A stretch of 56,318 nucleotides of DNA, filler included, from Sphacelaria rigidula (lineage: Eukaryota): assembly GCA_964200075.2 (NCBI GenBank). It is 5 parts of 5 records of this genome, joined end to end, with 100 filler letters (N's around TTAATTAATTAA, not from the genome) between each part and the next. Parts side by side here need not be neighbours in the genome. Positions count along the whole stretch, not along the records: positions 11,285 to 22,468 come from CAXNAA020005271.1; positions 22,569 to 33,752 come from CAXNAA020005272.1; 3 more parts are not named here. One strand, given 5' to 3'. Below the pieces are notes generated by a model. That model made no database searches. It saw only the letters and a program-made list of their open reading frames with translations, and was not told the origin of the DNA. Both the position numbers and the translations under genes were made by a program. Below are positions 11,285-22,645 of the stretch, in pieces (the stretch's first letter is position 1; each line of letters opens with the position of its first letter).

Positions 11285-14010
11285 TGGGGGGGGGGCTATC
11301 GTAGAAAGTGTCGTTTCTTTCAGTTGAATCACGTCTTTTTTCTTCTTCTGTTTGTGCAGCAGCCAGCGTGCGCGAACGGCCGATGTACGATAAGTCGGCC
11401 CAAAAATGACCATGTCTCGCTCCTTTTCCAAAGCACAGAGAAGAACACTGGGAACCCGAAAAACGGCAAAAACCGCGAAAAAAAATGGCATAACTGGTTC
11501 TTTTTCTCCTGTTCATCGCTGGCATACGATAGCTACGACTTGTCTGAAACCACCAGTTTTTATTGCAGCCTGCAACTACATCAAAACAAGCGAAATTCGT
11601 CGAAATTCGGCCGGAAATGTAGAGAATTGGACGGATTTTGGTCGAAATTTGGCCATGTTTGACTCAACGGTTCCAAGGTTTTAGATCGATTATTTTGTTT
11701 TTGTTTTTTCCAGTAGCCATCTCCACAACTATATAGTTTCAACCAACCTAGCCACAAGATCGTGAGCACCTCCGTCGGCGAGGTATGGCCTATCCTCCAT
11801 AACGGACTTTACTTATGGGACAGAGGAAGTAGATCGGAAGGAAACACCTTATTTGCTTCCATTCAAAACGAGGAGCCCGCTCCTGAATAGTATTTCACTT
11901 GAGCATGTCTTGGACGCATTCTCAAGGGCACCAGGTGTACGAGGGTATGAACGGTACTGTACAGGGCACACCATGTAGGAGTATGATGAACATGTGTTGA
12001 CAGTCGTAGATCGGAGACGAGTATGTCACATATCACCAGGGCATATAAGTGAGCAGCCCAGGAACTATCACGATTGTGCGGACATATCTTTGATACCGTA
12101 GTACGGTAGAAAAAGCTTAACGTAACGGAGCCACCGTACACATCGGAAAGCATTCCATACGTATCTACCTACCACCCGGCCGACGGGCAATCCTTGCTCA
12201 AGAAATAAAATATACTCCACTTAAGAGAACTTTTGGCGACATGACAACAACAGCAACCTTCCTCAGGGAAACAGGAGATTGATCTCCTGCGGCTGCAACG
12301 CATAGCCGTACGGTAAAACTCCAGTGAAGTCGTCTTCACATTGGCGACACCGGTGAGATACGGTGGATGGCTTGCAGGAGCGATATTCTCTAGAACGGGA
12401 AAATTAACTTCCGCGACGACGTCAGTGCTTAATTCTTGCGCGAGCAGGGATAAGACGGGCCACCATTCGGCACATGAGGTTTGTAGTGTCCCACCTTCGG
12501 TATACGTGCAGGTGCATGATACGCTGCCTGTTGATACATCGATTTGGATATGAGTTACATGAGATCGGGTCATGGGATATGTTATTGAGTATGACCATGA
12601 CTGCTTCGCACATGATATGAATGAGTGGGGGTACGACGACACTTCCGATAAGGAAGGCTACGTTTATGAGTAACACATGTCTTGAAGTCTCCAAGCCCCA
12701 ATGAGGGGGGGAGTCCTTGGAGCAGTCCTGTGACCCTGTTCCGGGTCCAGGAGGATCTCGAGTTTTGTAGGTCACAGATCAAATGTTAATGCCCAACTAA
12801 AGATGGACATCGTGGAAAGGACGGACGGAAAAATATATGTCGCAAAGCTCGGGTCCAAATACTATCGTGTGCTGAAAATAGCCGACCGGGCCATATAGAC
12901 GCCACTGTAAGAGAGACCCACGGACAGCGAGTATGCTCCCAAGAATTGTGGGTGGACAAGCAGTTGCTTTCTATTCTGTGTGGGGATTCACGGAACGCGT
13001 TACACGTCTCGTGGCTAGGAGTTGGACAGATCTTGCTATAAGGCGAGACTGAGATGTGTTCGATCGAGACCGACAGGAGGGGGGCGTAGGGACCCGCCCG
13101 TCCAGTAAGGAAAACGGCAATATGGTGACCCGGATAATAGTGCATGCCGACAACAGTTCAGCTGAGAGGAGTATCGGGCTTTTCAGTAGGCGTGTAGAAC
13201 ATGTAGAGAGGCAGTGACCATGGGAGGACTGGCTACTGCTTTCTACTGCAAAATACGTGTATAGGCTACAGGTCCTTTGGGTAAAGCCGTCGCTGAGTGT
13301 CTGAGTTCAACCCTTCCCCTCCCTTACAGGAAAAGGGTGAGGTATGAGAGTAGTGAAACGAACCGGACTTCAAATTACCCTCCCCCCGCCCGCCCCAAGT
13401 ATCCAAAACTACTCATATCGCCCAACCAGGCATGAACTCCCCATGCGCAAGGCAGAATCAGAGCCCGCACACGTGAAACGTGTGAAGAAGACGTGTTGTT
13501 GCAACCGTCGCTACGAAAATCGCAGATACGCTCATCGTCTCTCCGACCATGGCATTGCCGAAGTTGGTGGAATGACCCGATCTTTAAATCAGACGCATGT
13601 AATCAATCAGAAGGAGGGCAACAAAGCGCCCGCCGTTTTCTTCCCAAGTTCTGTTTTGCCCCCGAAGGATCAAAGCCGAAAACGCACTACATCCACAAAA
13701 CACATGTGTTGGATGATACCAATATATTCCAACCGCCACCCTAAATGTAAACGAGGCAATATCTGTCACAAAGTCACATAAAACGTATAGGCGGGAACAA
13801 GCAACGCAGAACTACAAACGGAACAAACAAAAAAAACACGATTTCCTGATACTTGTGTGTGTAATCATGTTGAAGGGTTAGTAGCCTACTAGTACTACAT
13901 GACCGAAAAACAAGATTGATGTGTCGGAAATCAAAGGAACAAACAACAAAAACAATCGTCGTGCAAATCTGCTACCCAAATTCTTCACGTGGGAGCTAAT
14001 TCCATCCTGT

Positions 14011-14215
14011 TCACCTACTACTACTACTGCTACTACTACCACTACCACTACTACTACTACTTTCAATACTACTAAGAGCACCATCAGGAACGCGAACTTT
14101 GGTAGCTACGATCTTCTTCCACATGCCAGCTTCGCTCGGATCCACCAACCCAGGGCGCACCGCAACCATCTGAAACTGCTGTCTCCTCAGCGAGCGCACC
14201 CCTCTTTTCACAAAG
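14011..14215 (-). CDS. ZUP1: ZUP1-like peptidase C78, terminal exon with poly-Ser tail
   Basis: aatag|C TTT GTG, phase 2 matches the previous donor. Encodes FVKRGVRSLRRQQFQMVAV (cf. ZUP1 C-terminal LKHKQYQILAV), then SSSSSGSGSSSSSSSR-stop. Confidence 0.8.
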
Positions 14216-14670
14216 CTATTTTCGTTGTTACGGTTGTTGTTGCAACGGTAAGCACGGAACAGACAGAATATACGACAAGGAATGATAAATGAGAAAACTA
14301 TAACAAAAGGACATGAGAGAAGCGTAGCGACGGGAGGGTCAGGAGCCGAGAGAGGCGAGGGACTTGGAAAGCAATATACTCGACAAGGTCAACCGCACCG
14401 ATGCAATGACGCGACAACTGCTTATAGCTCAAAAATGAAAACGAAATTACTCACGCTCGAGTTATGGCACGCTCAGGGATCAACACGAAATTGATAGGAG
14501 TCTATCCGGGAACTAATACTTAAACTCCAACTCAGAATGGGGCAGGGGGGGGTGGACAACCGGGGTAACTACATAGCCTCTATAGTCTGGGGGGTGTAAA
14601 CTACCATCGTGAGAGATTGGACTTCTGCTTGCTCTTACAATGTAGTGCACAGAGATGTGCAGATCCTCCA

Positions 14671-14805
14671 CACCCCGGACAACAGATTACATTGTAAGAA
14701 ACAATGTACTGCGTACAATATCAACTATTGCGTCTGTTGCAACAGACGATAGATTCTATACTGTACGCAGTACATTTTTGACAATGTAATCCACTGTCCA
14801 CGGTG
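14671..14805. repeat. ~135-bp imperfect palindrome/hairpin in the last ZUP1 intron
   Basis: Arms gattacattgt..aatgtactgcgtaca / tgtacgcagtacatt..acaatgtaatc around the perfect centre cgtctgttgcaacagacg. Confidence 0.85.
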
Positions 14806-15772
14806 TTAAATCCTCGCCAATCGAGTAAAATACGCTCATCTGCCTCCATTCTGTCATGACCCGAGCTAGGTATCCACTTGTTTGGACTGTTGAAGCGTGG
14901 CCACCACCAGCGGTACGAGTCAAGATATCAGGCGGGCGGTTGGAACCGTGGTTACCAACGAGTCAAAAGTCAAGGCAAAATGAAGTTGGTCATTGTAAAA
15001 CGAAGTACACTCGAACATCGTGCAATTTCGTCGGTTCTTCTACTTGAATATACATACGCACTGCAGCCTCAGTGCGAAGTGTTGTTAAGCCGGAATGCGT
15101 CGATATTTCGCTAGTGACACTCCCAGCATGAACATAATAGTTCGCCGGCTCCAATCTTTAGACTACAAAGCGTGCCCCAGGGATCAAGGACTGTTAGCAC
15201 AGGGATGATACCTTTGACATACCTAAGTGGAGTACGAGACATGATAGCCATGGCATGAAAAAATCAAGTATCATCATGATATGCTCAGGTATTCCAATTT
15301 TAGATCTCTGGGTAACAGACGACGGAAACTCTCAATGACAAAGGGGCAAACGGGATAAAAAACGGTCTGAACGTGAAGTAATTCCCGTGACACGTTTTTT
15401 ATTTCTGAAAAATGAGGTACGGACAAACTTTTCGCGCGGAGAGATGCACACCAGATGGAGGTAGATGCATGTATGTATGAGAGAAATGGGTTTGTCTTCA
15501 TATTGGATCTGTTCAGCTAACTTTACGGGACTCATTGACCTCCCATTGATCCAAATCATCTCGACATCGTTCATGGGCGGCGCAAACGGGATGTACCGGA
15601 ACCAATCCCTCCAGCCGGTGCGCAGTGGCTTTAACCTTGAGGCCGGCATTGACCCGTGATTGATGCTTCACTCCAAAGAACCGGTGGGGTGGCGGGGTGG
15701 AGAAGGGGCAAATATCACATTATATGGACCAAATACACTTTCAGCATACTAAGTGACGTACATGATAAAGGT

Positions 15773-15776
<4 letters not shown>

Positions 15777-15820
<44 letters not shown>

Positions 15821-15868
15821 AGAGAGAGAGAGAGAGAGGAGGGGGAGGGGAGGGGGGAGGGAGAGAGA
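15777..15868. repeat. (GA)n microsatellite
   Basis: Visible directly in the sequence. Confidence 0.95.
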
Positions 15869-16967
15869 CGTACAATAGCTCGAGCACGCAATATTGGATT
15901 ATTTCATGTCCACGCTGCGGCTAATGAGCTGTGCAGTTAAACGGTTCAGCTTTCGGGGTGCTTACTAGCAGCAGCGAAATCTAGATGAAAAGAGGTGCTC
16001 TCGTACGAGCTTAGGGCCGACAGATCCAAGTACAGCCAGCTCAGAGACGAGAGGGACAAGCAGGCTACGCTCCTCCAACAACTGCAGGTACTACTCTTCT
16101 TTTTTTTTCCATACTGCCTAATTCACGTAAAGTGTGTTGACGACGCCAAGAGTCCTGCCCATCTTATCATTTTATGAAGACAAATTCCGAATAAAAAACA
16201 ACAATCATGTGCATGGCCTGAAACGGAATGTCCGCGGCTTTAGGGAGCAGGGCATCGAATATGCCTGTTTGCAGCAGAAGAGCTGAGACCACCCCCAATT
16301 TCCCCCTCAAACGGTAAGCAATGCTGCCTACACCACGAGGTCTGCGCGGTCTTCGGTGCAGCCTTTAGCAGCTACGAGTGTGCAGTGCGGCGAATCTGCC
16401 AAAGCATGTCCGCGAATACATCGACCGTCCGTGGCAGCTCGGCCTGGTGCTTGGCATACGGTACACATTGACACCTCGGACACGCATCGGCCTCGACAGC
16501 GCAATCATGTACATCAAAGAGATAACGGCTTGAATAAAATGGAAGAATACACCATCATGGACACGTCCCCCTCCCCCCCCGTCCCCCCGAAAACAAGAAC
16601 AAAAAAACAGAAGCGGCGGTGCGGGTCTGTATATTTACGTGAGTACTGCAAAAACCCAAAGAAAGCCACGGTGCATTCCAGACGAACACACACAAAAAAA
16701 AAAATCCAGAAGATCAACGCTCTCTCCTGAGATTTGCCCGGCCAATTCCAACGAACGACAAACGAATTCATAAGATGATTTTGCACATGGTGTTCGCAGT
16801 TTTCTTTTATTTGTGTTTAATATTGATCACTGGAGTCGATTCCAACGCATTGGTTTGCAACAACAACAACAACAACAACAGCAACACGCCCTGCAACAAA
16901 GAAAATGCCCCACTATACAAGTGCAACGCAATGACATGATATGTCGTACTCATTATCCACAATTTAC

Positions 16968-18560
16968 CTGCACCATCTCATGTTCCCTTCGTTGGCGAGA
17001 GCGCCGCGTAACTCCGATCCAGCATGAGACGGGTCGAAGACCAACAGACTCCCTGGGCACCGCCTGGCACACTCACGCCCCACCGAGCCGCTCCCGCTCC
17101 TCCTCCCTCTACTCGTGGCCGCATCACCGCCGAGTCCTGCGGTGCTCCTACCCTGTGGCCACAAAACGCCGACTACAGTCCTCGAATGGCCATCGTGTTG
17201 CAGATAGAGTGGGGGGGGGAGACGCCGCGAGATTCCCGCCGACGACCTCTCCCCCCCATCCTGGCGCCGCGGTCTGCCTCTCACTTGCTCGTCATCTCGA
17301 GTGCTACTACGACCGGCGCCGCCATCACACGCCCCCGCAGAGTCGCCCGAACATAAGAAGTCCAAGAAATACGCGGTCATCTCTTCTTTTTCATCTTGAA
17401 TGGACGACCTTACCTCTCGAGGAACAGTCGGTCGCCCATGAGCCTGTTCCGTGTCGGACTTGTCGGAAACGCACGATTTCCCCCCTCGCGAGTATCCGAC
17501 CGCGGCCGCCGAGGATGACTCAGATTTCCCAACGAGCGACTCCTCCTCGCCACCAACGTTCCAGGGGGTACAGAAGTAGTCCCATGCCCATTCCACAACG
17601 GCCTGCCCGCACCCAGTCCCCATCATTGCAGACGCGTTTGAAGTGTTGCTGTTGCTGCTGCTGCTGCTTGCTCTCAAGGCCTGCCCCCTCCCTCGCCCCC
17701 TCCCGCCGCGCCCTCCTTCTCCCCTGCCCCTTTGCTGCCTACCGCCCGTCGCCACAGGCGCCGCTCGCCCGCTTGCACTGCCGTACGGAAATTCGAGGTG
17801 CCCGTTGCCCCTGCCGCCAGTAAGGCCGCGGAGGGGGCCGCGCGTCGAGCGGTCGGAGCAGGCATCGGCCTCATCCCTCGCAATATGGGTGGCGGTGTCT
17901 GGTCCTCCCGAGGCTGGTGTCGGAGTCGGAGCCTTCTCGTCCATTCCCCGTTGGTTTTCATCGTTGTTCCTGTTGTCGTTTTTGTCTTTGCCCTCGTCCC
18001 TGTCACCGTCGTTGTCGTCGTCGTCGTCATTGTCATGATTGTCGTTGTCGCTCGTTCTCTGGCACATGACGACATCTTCTTCGACGCCATTCTCGACCGG
18101 CTGAGCAACAACACCACCGTGACAACCACCGCGATCACCGTGATCAGCATCTCTTTTTCTGGCCGTCTGCACGACTACCTCGCACACGGTACACGATACT
18201 GCCGGTGTTGGCTCTGCTGCTGGCGCTACATCAGTTGTAGCGTCCACGACCACATTACCATGGACACTAACGACGCCATTGCCGCCAGTTATTCTGCTGC
18301 TGCCTTCGTCTGTTCCCAGTTTGTGCCCTCCGTTGCCGGGTGGGCTGCTCCAGTAGGACAGGAGAGACGGCTGATTGTGTCCCCGGTCGGGTTCGTTGTT
18401 CTGCTCTTGATGCTGCGTCGCGGGAATATCCTGGTCGCCGGTCCTCGGCGGTCGGCGGTTCTCTTGCGAGGCCGGTGCTTGACCCCTTGAGTCGCGTGTG
18501 CGCGCGCGAACCGAGGTGTCCGTTTCGAAGTCGATCACTTCGGCCTTCACGCCGAATGAT
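16968..18560 (-). CDS. ZUP1: ZUP1-like peptidase C78, large exon with catalytic His and Asp
   Basis: ctcag|A TCA TTC to TGC AG|gtaaat, 1593 bp open, phase 2-2. Encodes SFGVKAEVIDF...EWAWDYF...PPPLYLQHDGHSRTVVGV...LLVFDPSH (ZUP1: PPIYLQHQGHSRTVIG...LILDP). Confidence 0.9.
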
Positions 18561-19403
18561 CTGAGATCAAGGACAGCGGTGAAGAAACAAGCAGAGTAAG
18601 TCAAGACAAAAGTCAACATATGGACATGTGCGTGGCACGTGTACTCAATGTAGGCAGTTCTTCGCTTAACTGCGTTGAAATGCATTTTATCAGTTTTTTC
18701 AACGCTAAACCAATACGCCGATGCGGTGCTGTAATCTTCACATGATTGGCCGATGTGTCCGCCAAACGTTTGAGAGCACCAACCCTTTGGCCAAACCCGC
18801 ATCGCATGCACCAGTTCTTTTCATGTTACCGACAACAATGAGAGACCCCACGTTGTTATTGCTGCTGCTGTCTTCACATGAAAAACCGTTCCGACACTCT
18901 GTACTGGGCATCAGATGCGGACGCCTTCCGTGGTCACAGGCGAACTACCCCCAAAATAGGGTAGAAGAAAAATCATAAAATAAACGTGCAGTCACAATTA
19001 AAAAAACACTTCTCTAGGTCACCGCATAACGTTTTTCATTTACGCAACTCGTAGGCCGCCGGTGCACACTAAGGGCAGTGCAGTGCCCGGCGCTTGTGTG
19101 GCATACGTACGATAGGATACGGGGGTAACTTTTTTTGTACAGTAGTGTGCGAAGCGATTTTTTTTCTGTTGTCGCACTCTCAACCCCTTCCGTTTCTCGG
19201 GACAAGTCCGTGCTTTCAAGGGATCAAACCATCTCTCCCGCGGCACACGCCTTGCATTTTGGTAACGCGATGTGGATCATGGCCAACGCTCCCGCCCCGC
19301 ATCGACTCTCGTCGAGCAAAGGTTGCAAGACAGACACTTCCTGGTACTCACGCCCTCGCGCTTTCAATGGTGTAAATAATTAAACTCGAAGAAAAAGCCG
19401 AAC

Positions 19404-19479
19404 CGCGTCTGGCGGGAATTGAACCCGCGTTACTTTCCACCCTCAAGGGGCCAGACGTACCACTACACCACCCGTACGC
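19404..19479 (-). ncRNA. tRNA-like sequence (tRNA pseudogene or SINE head) in a ZUP1 intron
   Basis: Minus strand has A box TGGTGTAGTGG, perfect T-arm GCGGG-TTCAATT-CCCGC, partial acceptor pairing GCGT/ACGC and a downstream T5. The anticodon arm is non-canonical. Confidence 0.6.
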
Positions 19480-20008
19480 GGCAACTAAGCGGATGGAATT
19501 GCAGCAATTCCTGTGTAAATTGTAGCATACAGCACGGCACAGTACAGCACAATACACCGAACCCAACACTCGCGAACAATTTGAAGATCCGGACGACACG
19601 GATGCAGGTGAGCATTACCATGAGCTTGAAGTACGTGAGCCCACTTTTCAGTAAAGCGGTACAGACGATACTTGCAGGATACCTGGAAATTCTGATTCTT
19701 CTGTAGCTGGACGCGGTAACCGAATGATGCCAGGCGTGTTATACGCTGTATATCTGCGGCGGGAATATATCCATTGTTTCATTTTTGGGGGGTTATTATA
19801 CATTATCATGTACCTGCAAAGAAGGCGACCGAGGGTCACGCTTGTGTGTGTGGTGATCCATGTATATGTATACACTGCGTGATATAAACTAGTGCGCATG
19901 CTGTCACAAGAAGATCTTGTCCCACTCGTGCAGTGCTGTAAGCTAACCTGTGATGACCATTTCATCTGCCGGCCATTCACCTTCACACATGTAAATATAT
20001 ATCCACTC

Positions 20009-20057
20009 TGTTGTTGTTGTTGTTGTTGTTGCTTGGTGGTGGTGGTGGTGGTGGTGT
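20009..20057. repeat. Compound (TTG)n(GGT)n microsatellite
   Basis: Visible directly in the sequence. Confidence 0.9.
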
Positions 20058-20518
20058 TTTTTGTTGTTATCGCTGCCCCCTTTCTTTCCTTTCTGAGGCC
20101 GTTGCTTCTGTCGTTTTTCCGTTCCTTTCTTTCTTTTTTGTATTTTTTTATTATTCTCTTCTATTTTTGCTGCTCCTGACCACGGGCTGGATTGTTGCAA
20201 TCAGCTAATGTGAGATAATCAACCAATCATCAATCAATATACATGTTCACATCTGGGTGCGATACTTGCAGCCAGTACATACAGACAGCAAATACCAAGG
20301 TGAATACGATCCGAGTCCAAACCGTTGCGGCAGTACAGCTGTTTCTACTCCCGTCCGTTCGCCTCAAGTGCGTCTGATTTTTTTACCACGGCTAGATTCG
20401 CAGCGAATCACATATAAATGCGACAGCCAATCAATTCATGAATCAATCGAATCAAATTTGAATTTATCGTTTCACCAACCAATACCCAGCAGCCGTACCG
20501 CTGGCATGGTACCCGCAC

Positions 20519-20692
20519 CTGAGAAGCGTAGCACACTCTGTCGCCCCGATCCATTTTTCGCTACCCACTAGAGAACCCGCTCCGCCCAGCTGCTCGCACC
20601 CGTCAGGGTCATATCCGTCGGCCCAGGCGCGCTCGAGCCAGCACTGCATCAATAAAACGCCCGGTACACACCCGCTGCCTCCAAACAACACT
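20519..20692 (-). CDS. ZUP1: ZUP1-like peptidase C78, internal exon
   Basis: aatag|A GTG... to ...CTC AG|gtgcgg, 174 bp, phase 2-2. Encodes RVLFGGSGCVPGVLLMQCWLERAWADGYDPDGCEQLGGAGSLVGSEKWIGATECATLLR, matching ZUP1 'IEDAWKEGFDPQG...KAWIGACE'. Confidence 0.92.
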
Positions 20693-21712
20693 CTATTTTT
20701 TTTTTGACAACCGTGACACAGGGGCAATCGGTGGTCGGGATCGTGGGCGCTTGGCGGTTAAGGCATGATGCATGTACGGCCGAAGGTTCCCGGAAAAAGA
20801 AAAAAACGGATCGATCGAAAGACGACAACGTCAGCACCGGAGAATTTGCATGATACCTCAGGCGACTGGAGCTCGGGAACAGACGGAGTAAGCCGTAGCA
20901 TTTGCTTTTGGGCGGAAGGCTCGCTCGAGGTGTTTGATTCCTGTTGCTTAGGCGTGACGATTGCCGCGTGGGAAGCACGGGTAGTGTCCGTGTCTTGTGA
21001 TGCTAGGACTCTTCATTTCCTTTGGTCAGCGAATCGATGCATAACAGCCCCTTACGCTATACAACAGAGGATGACATTAGCATGCCACGGCTAACAGCTA
21101 TTCGTTCTCATTGTATGATTCCGCGACGGCAGGGGTTTCGAAGCATCCACGTTGCGGGGAAACAAATAGCAGGCTAGAGTACAACGCTCTGGGCACCCAG
21201 GTGTGTCTTCATTGTTGAAGCCGCATCATGTTCACTCGAGAAAAACTGTCACGTTTAGACATCCTCAGTGGGTGCTCGAAGCGTCAGGTGGTATTACGAT
21301 AAGTGACCTTAGGGAGGGAGAAGGTTGTCTCCGTCGAAACATCATACATGAGACGGGTAATTAACTAGGATATGTCCATTTTATAGAGTAAAGGTAGGTG
21401 AACCCTATCCCCTGTGAACCGGAGAAAACAAACTTGCAGGTCACAGCTGCCTCGACGGAAATCATTGAAGTGCGACATTGAATGATATTTATCGAAAAAT
21501 GCGTAACTCTAAACAAAAACGCACGTAGGCAGCACTGACGATCACGCTAAAAAGCACGCCGCCGTGCCCCGCCCCGCCCCCTGCCTCCCCTACAAAAGCA
21601 TGCAACGAACGCACATAATTCGCAAAAAAAAACATTGCGTCATGCCGCATCCCTCGCGTGCCCGTTCCCCTAGCCAGGGAAAATTGCATAATCCATCTCC
21701 CCCCGCCTCTCA

Positions 21713-21800
21713 CCGTGCTCCGTCTCGAAAGGGATGCGTGGCCAATGGTCAAATGACTAAGGCAAGCAACAAATGTTCCCTCTCATCCCCCGCCCCCCGC
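21713..21800 (+). mobile_element. Short LINE 3' end abutting the ZUP1 splice donor
   Basis: gtgctccgtctcgaaagggatgcgtggccaatggtcaaatgactaaggcaagcaacaaatg plus a C-rich tail, homologous to the 3' end of the 45232-46050 element. Confidence 0.7.
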
Positions 21801-21807
21801 CTCTCAC

Positions 21808-22348
21808 CTACGGTACTCCGGAATATCCATCAGAGCCGAGCAAAGCATCTGAATGTTCCGATAACCGCACGAATATTCGGAACCGGGGGCGTTCCTCTGC
21901 GAACAATGCGCAACGCTCGGGTCACACAGCCTCCACTCCGCTCCCGCTCCTCGACCCCCCGCCCCCGCTCCGCCACGACTGTTCCCGGCACCGTTACCCA
22001 GATCCCGAGTATTTGATGTCGAAGAACGTTCTTTGCCTGAAGCAGAAAGCCAATCGCGGGCCCCCCGGCCACCACCTTGCGGGGGTCTTGGCGTTGAGGT
22101 TCCTCGTGAGGATGCCGACGATGCTTTTGCGGTTCTCGCTTGCCCCCGTGCGCCGGCGTTCCAGCATGCCGTTTGCCCTTGTTTTCGATGTGCGTTTGGG
22201 TATTGATCTCTGAGGCGTCGGTGTATTTTAGGAATGAGGCCGTTGGTGCAGGCTTGCTTGTCACCTCCTTCCTCTGCGGTTCTGCCTCTGAGTTCCAGCG
22301 TCGTGGTGATTGCCGTCTCCTGTTTCTGGCGTTTTCCGTGGCGACCCT
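21808..22348 (-). CDS. ZUP1: ZUP1/ZUFSP/Mug105-like peptidase C78, exon containing the catalytic Cys (first exon visible; 5' exons lie beyond the contig end)
   Basis: Translates ...CTNGLIPKIHRRL...HCSQRNAPGSEYSCGYRNIQMLCSALMDIPEYR, matching the ZUP1 'GCGYRNFQMLLSSL' motif. Donor AG|gtgaga at 21808 (phase 2). Acceptor ctgacaactcaag near 22349 (exact AG could be 2 nt further in). No in-frame ATG upstream of the Cys motif. Confidence 0.88.
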
Positions 22349-22468
22349 CTTGAGTTGTCAGCAAAAACAACAAGCAGCCATTCCAGGGTAGGACAGGCGC
22401 GCGCGGGGGGGGGGGGGGGGGGGGGGGCGGGGGGGGGGGGGGGGGGCGGGTGAGACCACGGCCCTCCA

Positions 22469-22568
22469 NNNNNNNNNNNNNNNNNNNNNNNNNNNNNNNN
22501 NNNNNNNNNNNNTTAATTAATTAANNNNNNNNNNNNNNNNNNNNNNNNNNNNNNNNNNNNNNNNNNNN
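22469..22568. other. Artificial contig linker
   Basis: Same 100-bp spacer. Confidence 0.97.
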
Positions 22569-22645
22569 CCGGGTTTTCGCCGGATCAGGCTCGCACTCAA
22601 TCACCAAGCGCGAAGCGCCGTGGTGTTATCGGCGAGTCGGGGGGG
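22569..22645. repeat. Dispersed repeat at contig start
   Basis: gttttcgccgga..ggctcgcactcaatcaccaagcgcgaagcgccgtggt..tcggcgagtcg recurs at 45136-45205. Both copies sit directly at contig edges. Confidence 0.8.

Noticed and set aside
16813..18490. Long plus-strand ORFs (336, 252 and 131 aa)
   Set aside because: They are antisense shadows of the GC-rich ZUP1 exon and contain no recognisable motifs.
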